Assembly: GCA_016190375.1 (NCBI GenBank)
Contig: JACPQR010000213.1
Span: forward strand, 3,340-67,339
Reading direction: 5' to 3'
Source: Deltaproteobacteria bacterium
GTDB lineage: Bacteria > Myxococcota_A > Polyangia > JACPQR01
Length of the DNA: 64,000 bases
Both the position numbers and the translations under genes were made by a program. The notes under the pieces were generated by a model. That model saw only the letters and a program-made list of their open reading frames with translations. It ran no database searches and was not told the DNA's origin. Of the stretch, positions 43,503 to 54,584 are shown one piece after another. Within the stretch, counting starts at the first letter, position 1; the number at the start of each line of letters is the position of its first letter.

Positions 43503-43564
43503 GGCTTGACCTCGGAGCCGCTCCGTCCAACAAGCGCGAATCGTCGAGCCCGGTCAACAAATCG

Positions 43565-44659
43565 TCAGAAAGCTCCTGGCTCGAACCCAACGAGAGTCGG
43601 CTCTACCTCGAGGGTCACACCGAAGACCTCCCGGACCCTTGCGCGGACGAGCCGGGCCAGATCGAGCATCTCCCCGGCCGTGGCACCCCCACGGTTCACC
43701 AGCGACAGCGGGTGGTTCCTGGAGATGCCGGCGCGACCGAGCGCCTGTCCCTTGCTCAGCCCCGAGCGCTCGATCAACCAGGCCGCGGGAAGCTTCACCT
43801 TGCCATGTCCCGCGTCGAAGCACGGCGGCGCCTCGTCCGGTCCGAGGATTCCCGCGGACCGCCCGCTCTGCGTCGCGCACGCGGCCGAGTCGGAGTCGAG
43901 GATGGGGTTCAGGAAGAAGGATCCCGCGCTCCTCGAGTCGGGGTCCGCGGGATCGATCACCATCGACTTCGACCTTCTGAGGGCGAGAACGGTCTCGCGG
44001 ACGGTCTTCAGACCGGGCCGGGTCGCTCCCCGCTCGGCCAGCGCCCGGACGAGCTCGGGATACCGGACGCAGGGCTCGCCACCGCTCCTCACCTCGAAGG
44101 TCACGGCCACGATGACGTGGCGGCGCGAGGCGTCGATCTTGAAGCAGCTCGTACGATAGGCGAACCCGCAGTCGTCTCGACCGAGCTCGACGGCGCGATT
44201 CGCGATCCGATCCCAGGCACGCACCGACACGATCGTGCGTGACACCTCCTGCCCGTAGGCCCCGACGTTCTGGATCGGAGTCGCCCCGACGCGGCCGGGA
44301 ATGCCCGACAGACATTCGAGCCCCTCGAGGTCACGCGCGACCGCCCATTCGACGAGACCGTCCCAGCTCTCACCCGCTCCGGCGGTCACGAGAACGCGGT
44401 CGCCATCGAGCGGTTCGCTGGTGACGCCCGCGATCGAAACTTGCAGCGCCAACCCATCGAACCCGCGGTCGGCGACGAGCAGGTTGGATCCGCCTCCGAG
44501 GACGAGAAGCTCCAGCTTCGCCTGGTCGGCATGAGCAGTCGCCCGAGCGACGTCCTCCTCGCTGGTGGCCTCGAAGAAGAGCCGAGCCGGCCCGCCGATT
44601 CCGAGCGTGGTGAGGGGCGCGAGCGGAACGCTCTGGCGGAGACGTCCTCCTATCACCAC
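43565..44659 (-). CDS. murB: UDP-N-acetylenolpyruvoylglucosamine reductase
   Basis: LGGGSNLL, GIPGRVGATPIQNVGAYG, SAGSFFLNP, LEVEP. Confidence 0.96.
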   Translation of the reverse strand: MVIGGRLRQSVPLAPLTTLGIGGPARLFFEATSEEDVARATAHADQAKLELLVLGGGSNLLVADRGFDGLALQVSIAGVTSEPLDGDRVLVTAGAGESWDGLVEWAVARDLEGLECLSGIPGRVGATPIQNVGAYGQEVSRTIVSVRAWDRIANRAVELGRDDCGFAYRTSCFKIDASRRHVIVAVTFEVRSGGEPCVRYPELVRALAERGATRPGLKTVRETVLALRRSKSMVIDPADPDSRSAGSFFLNPILDSDSAACATQSGRSAGILGPDEAPPCFDAGHGKVKLPAAWLIERSGLSKGQALGRAGISRNHPLSLVNRGGATAGEMLDLARLVRARVREVFGVTLEVEPTLVGFEPGAF

Positions 44660-45585
44660 AAGGTGCCCGGATTGAGCCCCTGGACCTTGCGCGCGTAGCG
44701 CACCGCGTTGAGGAGCCTGCCGACGGTGGCGCGGTCGCCGTGGATGCCGCCGGGGACGGTCACGCGGATCGGGGGGTCGCCCTCGATCCTCACCTCGTCG
44801 AACTCCTCGCGAGGGCTCATCTCCATCCGCAGGACGAGCTCGATCACGGTCCCCTCGCAGTGCGCCCTCCGGATCTCCTCGGCGCCCACGACGGCGCCGT
44901 CGCGGACGATCGGCTCGATCCCTCTCTGCTCGGTGTCGAGCTCGAGGTCGAGCGCTCGGGCGATCGCCTCCATGGACTGCGAGAGGCCCACGTGGCCGAG
45001 GTCCCGGCCGCCGGAATGATTGGCAGCCAGCGTGCGGAAAGCCGCCGGGTCCATTCCGACTCCCAGCTTGCGCTGGAGCTGGGGTCGGCGGCGCGCCAGG
45101 TCGACCACGCGCTCGACGCGGATCGAGTCGACGCGCACGCAGGCCGTCGCCGCGAGGACCGGGAGCGCCTCCATCACGAGTCCGGGGTTGACGCCCGCCG
45201 CTATGATGGCGACGCCCTTCTCCACGGCCCTTGCGTCGAGCTGCCGGGCGAGCGCGGGATCGACCGCCGAGGGGACGCAGAGCTCCTCGCACGACGAGAC
45301 CACCGACAGGCCCGCGTCGGCTATCTCGATGAGCTGCGGCGCGATCTGGGCGAGGCGGGAGCCGGTCGCGTGAATGGCGCAATCGGCGCCGGCGCGTGCC
45401 AGCGCCTCACCCAGCGAAGCGCAGATTCGTACTCCGGTCCAGGCGCCCGACACGGCGCCGAGGTCGCGACCGGCGAGCCCGGGGTCGACCGCGGCCGTCA
45501 CGGAGACGTCGCGCCGGGTTGCAGCCGCCTGGGCGACCGCCTGACCGATCGCGCCCACACCGTACAGGAGAATCCGGGAGGTCAT
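44653..45585 (-). CDS. Dihydrodipicolinate reductase-like / 2,4-diaminopentanoate dehydrogenase-like oxidoreductase
   Basis: YGVGAIG, SSCEEL, GVNPG, GHVGL, GGIHGDRAT. Confidence 0.8.
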   Translation of the reverse strand: MTSRILLYGVGAIGQAVAQAAATRRDVSVTAAVDPGLAGRDLGAVSGAWTGVRICASLGEALARAGADCAIHATGSRLAQIAPQLIEIADAGLSVVSSCEELCVPSAVDPALARQLDARAVEKGVAIIAAGVNPGLVMEALPVLAATACVRVDSIRVERVVDLARRRPQLQRKLGVGMDPAAFRTLAANHSGGRDLGHVGLSQSMEAIARALDLELDTEQRGIEPIVRDGAVVGAEEIRRAHCEGTVIELVLRMEMSPREEFDEVRIEGDPPIRVTVPGGIHGDRATVGRLLNAVRYARKVQGLNPGTLW

Positions 45586-45621
45586 GATTGGAACCGGAGC
45601 GTATCGCACCCGGAGCCGTCT

Positions 45622-46428
45622 TCAAATGCTCCCGACATCCTTGCGGGGCAACCAGCCCTCTCGCCCCTCGGGCCCTCGCACCAGGACCCACGTTCCCTCC
45701 CGGCCCAGGACGCGAACGCGCGTGCCCTCTACGAGCGAGAACGACTCCTCGAAGTCCGCCCCCGGGCCGGTCGAGCCGTGCGCCTCCTCGGCCACGATGA
45801 TCGCCTCGTGCGCGCCATGGTCGGTCCACACCTTCGTGGCGAAGAGCGCGCCGGACGCGACGGTCATGAGCGCCATGACGGCCAGGGCGATCCCGACCGC
45901 TAGCCGCGAGACCTCCTGGTGCGCCATGCGCCTTGCAAAGACGAGCGAGAAGAAGGCCAGGTACGAGAACAGGAACGTGACGGCGACCGCGTCGGAGGTC
46001 AGGCCGTCCGCAAGCGCCCTGAAGAAGGGCGGGCGCTCCTCGACGCTCGCCTCGAGGTGGCTCGCGACGAGCTTGCGCGCTAGCTGGGAACGAACGAGCC
46101 GCAGGTTGTGTCGCACATCCTCGTCGTCCGGCCGCTGGCGCAGCGCCCTCTCGTAGAACTGGATCGCGCGGCCATGACGACCGAGGCGAGCGTATGCGGT
46201 GCCGAGGTCGTACGAGACGTCGGGATCGTCGACGCCGCTCTCGACGAGCTCTCGGTAGCCCTGAATCGCGCGTTCGACGTCGTGTGAGTAGAAGGCCTGG
46301 CTCGCTCGAAGGAACTGGTCCTGGAGCGTGTCTGCCTCGGCCGGCTGCCCGAGCGCAAGGAGCGAGAACAAAAGGACCCCACCCCAGACGAGCTTCGCTC
46401 GCTGGGGACCCCGGGCCGCGCGGCTCAA
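45622..46428 (-). CDS. batE: BatE-like TPR + TM + SH3 protein
   Basis: TPR YDLGTAY..YERAL..DVRHNL, TMs, EGTRVRVL..GREGWL; operon position. Confidence 0.85.
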   Translation of the reverse strand: MSRAARGPQRAKLVWGGVLLFSLLALGQPAEADTLQDQFLRASQAFYSHDVERAIQGYRELVESGVDDPDVSYDLGTAYARLGRHGRAIQFYERALRQRPDDEDVRHNLRLVRSQLARKLVASHLEASVEERPPFFRALADGLTSDAVAVTFLFSYLAFFSLVFARRMAHQEVSRLAVGIALAVMALMTVASGALFATKVWTDHGAHEAIIVAEEAHGSTGPGADFEESFSLVEGTRVRVLGREGTWVLVRGPEGREGWLPRKDVGSI

Positions 46429-48326
46429 GGTCCTGGCTCCGCGGAGGGCGTCACGCGGTCGAGCGTCGCGAGCAGGCGCCTCGCGCGATCGAGGCACTCG
46501 GACATCTCGCGGGCCCGAGTCCCCTCGGGGGTGAAGCGGGCGAAGTCGCAGTTCTCGAGCTCCCGGATCAACTCCTCGACGAGATTCTCGGGGTAGCCGC
46601 GTGACTCGAGGTGCTGGCGCAGCGCCTCCATCGTCATTCCTCCGATGGGGCGTGACAGCCTCTCCTCGAGGTACGTCGTGAGCGTCCGCGAGACGCCGGC
46701 GAAGAAGGCGGTCGCGTCGCCGGCCCTTCGCCGGCTCGCCGCGTCCCTGAGCACCCGAAGCGCCGTCGCATGAGCCCGTCGAGGTCTCGCGCGCTCCCGC
46801 GCGCCGCGCCGCCGGTCCCTGAGGGCCGTGCCCGCTACGAGCCCGAGGAGCGCCAGAGGCGGAACCGCGACCGCCGCGGCGAACCAGGGCGTCTCGTACA
46901 GACGGGACGATCTCCTCCCGAGCTCGCTCTGCAGGCGGATCGGCCGGAGCTGCGCCTCCGAGTCAGCCCGCGTGGGGCTCTCGGCGGCGACGGCGGGAGT
47001 CCCGGTCACGAGGATCGTGATCGCCGGCGCGGTCCGTGTGCGGTAGGTCCGTCGCGTCGGATCGAAGAACGACAGCGCCGGCCTCGGCAGCTCGATCCGG
47101 CCGGCCTCGCCGGGCATCATCAAGTACTCGTAGACTCGCTGGCCGGCGATGGTGTCGCCGTGCGGCGCGATGGTGTCGCGGACCTGGGGGTCGTAGACGC
47201 GGACCATGCGCGACGACGCGAGCGCAGGGAGGCGGAGATTGCGGAGGTTCCCCTCCCCGCTCACGGTCACCGTCAGGGTCACGGCCTCGCCCGCATTCAC
47301 CTGATTCCGGTCGACCCTCGCGTCGAGCTCGTAGCGGCCGACGTTCGACGCCTCGAACCGTGGCGGCTGCCCCTCGGCCGGCAGGGGTAGCACGTCGACC
47401 GAGACCGGCACGCCGGATCGCCGAAGCTGACCGCTTCCGAAGAAACCGCCGACCGAGCTCGTCGCCAGGACCTCCATCGGCGAGATCGTCAGCTCGCCCG
47501 CGCGGATCGGAAACAGCGCCATCTTCCTGACGACCGCGACCTCGAAGCGCGTCGAGCCCACGTACTGGTCCTGGAAGTCGAGGCGCCGGACCGGGCCCAA
47601 AAGGTCCTCGACCCAGAAGCCTTCTGTTCCCGGCTCCTGGGGGACATCCAGGTCGCGGATACCGACCCGCGTGTAGAGGTAGACCGTGAGGGTCACCTGC
47701 TCGCCGATGAACGCGCGCTCCTTGTCGAGGACGGCCCTGACGAAGAGCTCGTCGTCGTACTGGGCGCCGCTGAGCCCTTCGGGCGGCGGCCCTCCCGTCG
47801 GACCCGGGTGTTGCGGCTGCTGGTCGAGCGGCTGGATGGGGATGAGCGGAGTGAGCGGATTGCGGCCCCATGGATCGAACGGTCGCCCCGGAACGAGGGG
47901 AGCTGGCTGAAGCCCGCCCCCCCCTTGCGTGACGGTGATCGTGAGGGGCTGGCCGCGGTAGGTGATCCCCCCGACTCGAGCCTCGACGGCTGGAAGGGTG
48001 AAAGAGCCAACCTGACGGGGTCGCAGGTCGAAGGTGTAGACGGTCGTCTGCTGGACGACCGGGCCCTGCCCGAAGCCGAACGAGAACTGCATCGGGCGCG
48101 AGACCGACCGCCCCTCGACCACGAAGGCGTCGAGCGCGGGAAGCTGGATGTGCTCGGCTGCAACCCCGCCCCTCGTGGCGACCCTGACCTGGAGCTGGAA
48201 TCGGTCGGACAGACCCACGGTCGTGCGGTCCGCGGTCATCTCGATCTCCGGAGCCTGGGCTCTGGCCACCGCCCCGAGACCCAGGAACGCGAGCCCTACC
48301 GCGAGAGAAACCGATCCGCGAGTCAT
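46425..48326 (-). CDS. batD: BatD family protein
   Basis: Ig-like repeats, FIGEQV, GFWVEDL, VSGEGNL, SFFDP, ARFTP; operon position. Confidence 0.88.
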   Translation of the reverse strand: MTRGSVSLAVGLAFLGLGAVARAQAPEIEMTADRTTVGLSDRFQLQVRVATRGGVAAEHIQLPALDAFVVEGRSVSRPMQFSFGFGQGPVVQQTTVYTFDLRPRQVGSFTLPAVEARVGGITYRGQPLTITVTQGGGGLQPAPLVPGRPFDPWGRNPLTPLIPIQPLDQQPQHPGPTGGPPPEGLSGAQYDDELFVRAVLDKERAFIGEQVTLTVYLYTRVGIRDLDVPQEPGTEGFWVEDLLGPVRRLDFQDQYVGSTRFEVAVVRKMALFPIRAGELTISPMEVLATSSVGGFFGSGQLRRSGVPVSVDVLPLPAEGQPPRFEASNVGRYELDARVDRNQVNAGEAVTLTVTVSGEGNLRNLRLPALASSRMVRVYDPQVRDTIAPHGDTIAGQRVYEYLMMPGEAGRIELPRPALSFFDPTRRTYRTRTAPAITILVTGTPAVAAESPTRADSEAQLRPIRLQSELGRRSSRLYETPWFAAAVAVPPLALLGLVAGTALRDRRRGARERARPRRAHATALRVLRDAASRRRAGDATAFFAGVSRTLTTYLEERLSRPIGGMTMEALRQHLESRGYPENLVEELIRELENCDFARFTPEGTRAREMSECLDRARRLLATLDRVTPSAEPGP

Positions 48327-49189
48327 CACCAGTCCTTCTCGACGTTGCGGCGGATGGCCCGCGCGCGAGCACGGGCCCGCTCCCGCTCGAGGTTCTGCTC
48401 CCCTTGCTGCAGGGCGTCCAGCAAGGCCTCGATGTCCTGCCGTTGCCGCGCCTCCGCCGGCTGATCCGTCTCCGGGGCATCGTGCGGCTCCTGGCCGCTT
48501 TGCTGCTCTTGCCGCTGCTCTTGGTCCTGCTGCTGCTCCTGCTGCTCTTGCTGCTCCTGCTGGTCCTGCTGCTGCTGTGGATCCTGCTGTCGCTCTTGAT
48601 CCTGACCTTGCCCTTGCTGCTGTTGCTGCTGCTGTTGCTGCTGCTCTTGCTGCTCTTGCTGTTGCTGTTGCTGCTCTTGTTGCTGCTGCTGCTCTTGCTG
48701 CTGCTGCTCTTCTTGCTCCTTCATTCGCATCGCCAGCTCGAGATTCCATTGCGTATCGGTGTTGCCGGGTCGGAGCCGCAGGCTGCGCCGGTACGCGTCG
48801 ATTGCGGCGTCCCATTTCCGATCGGACAACGCGAGGTTTCCGAGGTTGTGGTAGGCGGTGCCTCGCAGCGGGCGATCGCGCCCCGGCGTCGTGGCCAGGA
48901 GCAACGCCTGTCGAGCCGCCGCGCCGAGGCGCTCGCGCGTTTCCGCATCCTCGGCCTGCGCCGCCTGTGCCATGAGAACGAGCCCTCGGTCCAGATGGAC
49001 TCCGGGCTCGCTCGGCAGCGCGCGGGCCGCCCGATCGTATGCGGCCAGCGCTTCGGCCAACCTGCCCGCACGGTAGGCGGCGTTGCCGGCCTCGATGTCG
49101 TCGTTCTCCGCTCTGAGGAGCTCCCAGGCGGAGGCGTTCGCCGGCAGGAGGGCAAGCATGAACAGAAACCGAAGGCTTCGCACCGTCAT
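48326..49189 (-). CDS. batC: BatC-like TPR protein with poly-Gln linker
   Basis: TPRs, NLELA, Q/E tract, terminal VEKDW. Confidence 0.88.
   Translation of the reverse strand: MTVRSLRFLFMLALLPANASAWELLRAENDDIEAGNAAYRAGRLAEALAAYDRAARALPSEPGVHLDRGLVLMAQAAQAEDAETRERLGAAARQALLLATTPGRDRPLRGTAYHNLGNLALSDRKWDAAIDAYRRSLRLRPGNTDTQWNLELAMRMKEQEEQQQQEQQQQQEQQQQQQEQQEQQQQQQQQQQGQGQDQERQQDPQQQQDQQEQQEQQEQQQDQEQRQEQQSGQEPHDAPETDQPAEARQRQDIEALLDALQQGEQNLERERARARARAIRRNVEKDW
48492..48720 (-). repeat. CAG/CAA-rich poly-Gln/Glu coding tract
   Basis: tgc/tgt triplet runs on the + strand. Confidence 0.9.
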
Positions 49190-49425
49190 CCCCTGAGCCT
49201 CCCGAGCGCCTTCGAGCGCTTCCTCCTGACCGCTTCTCCGAGCACCGCGTCCGCGAGGATCAGGAGGAGCGCGGGAAGAAGGAAGACTTGGTACTTCTCG
49301 CCATCTCCGCGGTGGGGCTGCGCCCCCCCGCACCCCCCGCTCTCGCGCGATGACGGCGCTTGGTCGCTACGGCGGAGTGAATCCACCTTCGCTCCCTCCT
49401 GCTCCGCTCGTGCGCGCACCCTCAT
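49186..49425 (-). CDS. Possible 79-aa relay ORF created by the duplication
   Basis: ATG overlaps the batB stop, reads through the insert into the duplicated batB tail, and its stop overlaps the batC ATG. Confidence 0.4.
   Translation of the reverse strand: MRVRARAEQEGAKVDSLRRSDQAPSSRESGGCGGAQPHRGDGEKYQVFLLPALLLILADAVLGEAVRRKRSKALGRLRG
49300..49421. repeat. REP-like multi-hairpin element
   Basis: GCGGTGGGGCTGCG/CGCACCCCCCGC hairpin plus nested CGCGCG..GTCGCTAC..CGCTCC..TGCGCG stems. Confidence 0.6.
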
Positions 49426-50471
49426 CTCCCGAGCCTCCCGAGCGCCTTCGAGCGCTTCCTCCTGACCGCTTCTCCGAGCACCGCGTCCGCGAGGATCAGG
49501 AGGAGCGCGGGAAGAAGGAAGACTTGGTACTTCTCTTCGTAGATGGTCACCTTGCGGGCCCGGAGCTCGCGTTGCTTGAGGTGGGATAGCTCCTCGCGGA
49601 TCTGCTGCAAGCCGACCTGCCCCCTCGCGGCCCGGAGGTACTTGCCGCGGGAGACCCGGGCGATCGCCCGGAGCTGCTCCTCGTTGTCGGTCGTGAGCTG
49701 GGTCGTCACGACCGCGCCGCTGGAGTCCCGCATGTATCCGAGCCAGCTCCCGTCGTCGGCGTACTGCGGGATCGGCTCGGCTGCCCCGGACCCGATTCCC
49801 AGGACGTAGGTTCGGATCCCCGCCTCTGCTGCCTCCTGCGCGGCAGCTACGGGGTTGCCCTCGTGGTCCTCCCCATCCGTCATCAGGACGATCACGCGAG
49901 TACGGCGGGCCGAGGTCCTGTCGTTCTCGAACAGCCGGACGGCCGCGCGGATCGCCTGGCCGAGCGCGGTCCCGCCCACCGGCATGTCGTTCGGCACGAG
50001 ATCGCGCAAGAACAGGCCTGCCGCCTCGTAGTCGGTCGTCAGCGGGTACTGCATGGTCTCGCCCGCGAACGCGATCATGCCGACGCGATCCCCGCCGAGC
50101 TCGGAGAGCATCGTGGTGAGCTCGCGCTTGGCGAGCTCGATCCGCGACGGGTGTGCATCCCGCGCCAGCATGGACTTCGAGAAGTCGAGCGCGACGACGA
50201 TGTCGATCCCGCGTTTGCGGAGCAGCCGCGTCGAGCCGCCGTACTGTGGCCGCGCCAGGGCGACGATGGTCAGCGCCAGCCCGGCGAGCAGGAACGAAGC
50301 CTTCAGGGCCCTGAGGAATGGGCTCCTTCCGGTGATCATCTTGCGGATCAGCCGCTCGTCTCCGAATCGCCGCGCGGTGGATCGGCGCCGGAAGTACCCG
50401 GCGACGAGCCCGCTTGCGATCGCCGGGATCGCCACCAGGAACCACAGGACCTCGGGGCTCTGGAACCTCAC
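49422..50471 (-). CDS. batB: BatB-like VWA domain protein
   Basis: LARPQYG, DFSKSM MIDAS, TDGEDH. Confidence 0.92.
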   Translation of the reverse strand: MRFQSPEVLWFLVAIPAIASGLVAGYFRRRSTARRFGDERLIRKMITGRSPFLRALKASFLLAGLALTIVALARPQYGGSTRLLRKRGIDIVVALDFSKSMLARDAHPSRIELAKRELTTMLSELGGDRVGMIAFAGETMQYPLTTDYEAAGLFLRDLVPNDMPVGGTALGQAIRAAVRLFENDRTSARRTRVIVLMTDGEDHEGNPVAAAQEAAEAGIRTYVLGIGSGAAEPIPQYADDGSWLGYMRDSSGAVVTTQLTTDNEEQLRAIARVSRGKYLRAARGQVGLQQIREELSHLKQRELRARKVTIYEEKYQVFLLPALLLILADAVLGEAVRRKRSKALGRLGR

Positions 50472-51565
50472 GGGAACTTCCTCCAGATCGTCAGCCGCAT
50501 GAGGATCTCCAGGAGGAGCAGCGCGAGGGCGCCGATGACGAACGGCCCGAAGACCTCCCCGTAGAGGACGCCCGCATCCGCGATCTTCGAGCGGTCGAGC
50601 TGGTTCAGGATGGCGTGAAACGACATCTGCAGGCCGCGCGTGTCGCCCACCTGGTAGAACTGCCCTCCCGTCTTGCGCGAGACCTCCCGGAGCAGCTCCG
50701 GCCTCACGGGATAGCGCTCGTCGCCGGGAACGGGGCGCCCGAAGATGTCGGTCCGCGGCGCGGGAGCGTTCTCGGGGGGCATCCCCATGAGCACCGAGTA
50801 GACCTTGATCCTCAGCGTCTTCGCGAACTCGGCGGCCTGCTCGGGCGACATGTTCCCGCTGTTGTTGTCACCGTCCGTGAGCAGGATCACGACCTTGCTC
50901 TTCGCGTTCGAGCGCCTGAGCCGGTTGATGGCGGTGCCAATCCCGTTGCCGATCGCCGTGCCCCGACCGTCGAGGACACCGAGCTGCAGCGAGGCGAACA
51001 TCCCGCGCAACGCCGAGTAGTCCAGCGTCAGCGGGCAGAGCGTGAACGCCTCGCGCCCGAACACGACGGCGCCGATGCGGTCGGTCTGCCGCCGCAGGAT
51101 GAAGTCGTCGATCACCGCCTTGGCCGCGACCAGTCTGTTTGGCTGCAGGTCCGTGGCCCGCATCGAGTTCGAGAGGTCGAGCACGAGCACGATGTCGATC
51201 CCCTCGAGCTCCGCCTCCTCCTTGCCGCTGACCGTCTGGGGCCGGGCCAGGGCGACGGCGACGAGCGCGAGCGCGAGGGAGCGCACGACGTGCGGAAGCG
51301 CCCAGAGCCGCGCCAGCGCTCCCGCCGGGAGGACGGTGAGGTCCATACCGCGCGAGAAGCGGATCCGCGGCGTCCGTCGCCACTCGAGGAAGAGCCCCGT
51401 GAACAGCGCGAACGGCGCCGCCACGAGGAGAAGGAGGGCCGCCGGCCGCTCGAACCTGAGGCCCGCCGCCTGCGCCTCCAGCCAGAGCAGCCAGCCCGCG
51501 GGCACCGAGACCGCGATCGTGACGAGGATCGTGACTGCGATCCGCGCCGGGCTCCACCTCCTCAT
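50468..51565 (-). CDS. batA: BatA-like VWA domain protein
   Basis: ALARPQ, DLSNSM, GTAIG, LLTDGDNNSG. Confidence 0.92.
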   Translation of the reverse strand: MRRWSPARIAVTILVTIAVSVPAGWLLWLEAQAAGLRFERPAALLLLVAAPFALFTGLFLEWRRTPRIRFSRGMDLTVLPAGALARLWALPHVVRSLALALVAVALARPQTVSGKEEAELEGIDIVLVLDLSNSMRATDLQPNRLVAAKAVIDDFILRRQTDRIGAVVFGREAFTLCPLTLDYSALRGMFASLQLGVLDGRGTAIGNGIGTAINRLRRSNAKSKVVILLTDGDNNSGNMSPEQAAEFAKTLRIKVYSVLMGMPPENAPAPRTDIFGRPVPGDERYPVRPELLREVSRKTGGQFYQVGDTRGLQMSFHAILNQLDRSKIADAGVLYGEVFGPFVIGALALLLLEILMRLTIWRKFP

Positions 51566-52518
51566 GGCCGCGCCTCGGCTCCGACTGCTGCGGGCGTCGA
51601 GATGACGGCCGCGCGAGTTCGCTGAACCACGTCGACAGCCGCCTGACAGAGCGCGCTGGCCTGCTCGGGCGTGGCGGCCTGGCGTGCGAACTTGACGAGA
51701 TCGCACTCGGCGAAGAAGCCCAGGAGCTGCGGGTACGAGACCCCGGACGGAACGCGGTCCCTGAAGCGCGAGAGGATCTCCTCCGTCGTCATCTCGAGAC
51801 CGTCGAAGCCGTCGAGCGCTCCGAGGTACTCGCGGATCACGTCGGACACCGCGTCGTAGTGCTCCTTTGCCAGGCCCTTCTCCGCCATTCCCGACCGCTC
51901 GATCCCTCCGAGCTTCGTCAGCGCGATCTCCCAGGGAGGCAGCGGCGGCGGAGCCGGCGCGGCGACCGCCCTGAGCTTCATCCGCCGCTTCATGATCGCC
52001 CTGACGACGAGGAGCTGCAGGATCGCGAGCACCACGGCGAGGGCAGCCCACAGCGGCCACAGCCTCTCCTGCGTCACCTGGACCGGACCGTGGTTGCCCT
52101 TCGGCTCCGCGGTCTCGACACCGTCGAGCCGGCCCGCGATCGTCACGCGCGCCGGATCGGTCCTGAGAGTCTCGACCTGCCCGGAAGGGTGCACCAGACG
52201 CAGATCGATCGACGGCACTACGAGCTCGCCCATCTCGAATGCCAGGAGCTCGATGCGGACGACCTGGCGGACCCGGTCGCCGCCTCCCGGCGCGTCCGTC
52301 GTGTGGGTCCTGCGCCGCAGCACCTCGAACGGTCGCATCTTGAGCCCGCGCGGGACCGACACGCGGTCGTCGGGGTCGCGGTCGACGGCGACCTCGAGGG
52401 TGATCACGTCGCCCATGAAACCCCGGAGCGGCGACACCTTGGTGTGGAGCTGCCGCGTCTGAGCCAGCCCGCTCGCGGGAGCCAGGAGGACGAAGAGCGC
52501 GATCAGCCGATGTGACAT
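51562..52518 (-). CDS. Bat-operon membrane protein (Ig-like domain + TM)
   Basis: Signal peptide, TM, IREYL...EMTTEE...DLVKFA. Confidence 0.8.
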   Translation of the reverse strand: MSHRLIALFVLLAPASGLAQTRQLHTKVSPLRGFMGDVITLEVAVDRDPDDRVSVPRGLKMRPFEVLRRRTHTTDAPGGGDRVRQVVRIELLAFEMGELVVPSIDLRLVHPSGQVETLRTDPARVTIAGRLDGVETAEPKGNHGPVQVTQERLWPLWAALAVVLAILQLLVVRAIMKRRMKLRAVAAPAPPPLPPWEIALTKLGGIERSGMAEKGLAKEHYDAVSDVIREYLGALDGFDGLEMTTEEILSRFRDRVPSGVSYPQLLGFFAECDLVKFARQAATPEQASALCQAAVDVVQRTRAAVISTPAAVGAEARP

Positions 52519-53401
52519 CAGGCGAACCTCAGCCGGCGCGCACGCTCGGCGAAGAAGTCGACCAGCGCCTTCACGTAGGGCTGGTCGGTCCGCACCGTCA
52601 CGCTGTCCATTCGCATCCGCCGGAACATCGTCTCTCGCGCCGCGCGCTGCCGGGCGACGTGGAGGCGGTAGGCCTCGCGCACCTTGCTGCTGCCCGTGTC
52701 GACCGGCAAGACGGCGCCCGTCTCGAGGTCCTCGAACCAGACGACGCCCGCCGCCGGCAGCTCCAGCTCGCGTGGATCGACGATCACGACCGGCACGACG
52801 TCGTGCCGTTGATTGGCCACGCGCAGGGCGTGCTCGTAGCCGGAGGCCACGAAATCCGAGATCAGGAACGCGATGGATCGCCGCCGGGCGATCTTCCCCA
52901 GGAACTCCAGACCGACCTCGAGATCCGTCCCGGGATGCTCGGGCTGGAAGTTCAGGATCTCGCTGATCACGCGGAGGACGTGCTTCTTGCCCTTCTTCGG
53001 AGGCACGAAGCGCTCGACGCGGTCCGACACGATGATGAGCCCCACCCTGTCGTTGTTCTTGATCGCGGAGAACGCGATGAGCGCGGCGACCTCGGCCACG
53101 AGCTCGTTCTTCGGCTGACCCACGGATCCGAACTGCTCGGAGGCAGAGACGTCCACGACGAGCATCACGGTCATCTCGCGCTCTTCGGTGAAGAGCTTGA
53201 CGTAGACTTCCTGCATCCTGGCCGAGACGTTCCAGTCGATGAACCGGACGTCGTCGCCCATCTGGTACTGGCGGACCTCGGAGAAGGCCATGCCCCGGCC
53301 CTTGAAGACCGACTGGTACTGCCCGGCGATCTGGTCGTTCGCCATCCGAGACGTGTAGATCTCGATCTGCCGGACCTTCTTGATGAGGTCCTTGGTCAGC
53401 A

Positions 53402-53402
<1 letters not shown>
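52518..53402 (-). CDS. DUF58 (VWA-like) protein
   Basis: FKGRGMAFSEVRQY..GDDVRFIDWNV, DVSAS, LISDF. Confidence 0.95.
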
Positions 53403-54397
<995 letters not shown>

Positions 54398-54584
54398 CCT
54401 GTGTCCTCGCGCCCTTTCCGCTGGCGCTAGCTGGCTTTCCACGACAAAGCTCCTTCGCGTATCACGGCGGTACCCTGGTTTCAACCTCACGGACTGAAAC
54501 GCTATTCCTGCGCGCCAGGTCGTGGGCTTCGGTCATGGCGTCCCCTGTGGAGGCGGCGCCGGGTGGTACAGTGACGAGACTGAC

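Larger units (their letters stand above)
49186..49535. repeat. 114-bp direct repeat of the batB 3' end (49186-49299 and 49422-49535) flanking a 122-bp insert
   Basis: Copies differ at 2 positions; 105 bp contiguous identity; period 236. Confidence 0.95.

Noticed and set aside
48404..49465. Poly-Leu ORF on the + strand
   Set aside because: Antisense shadow of the BatC poly-Gln tract.
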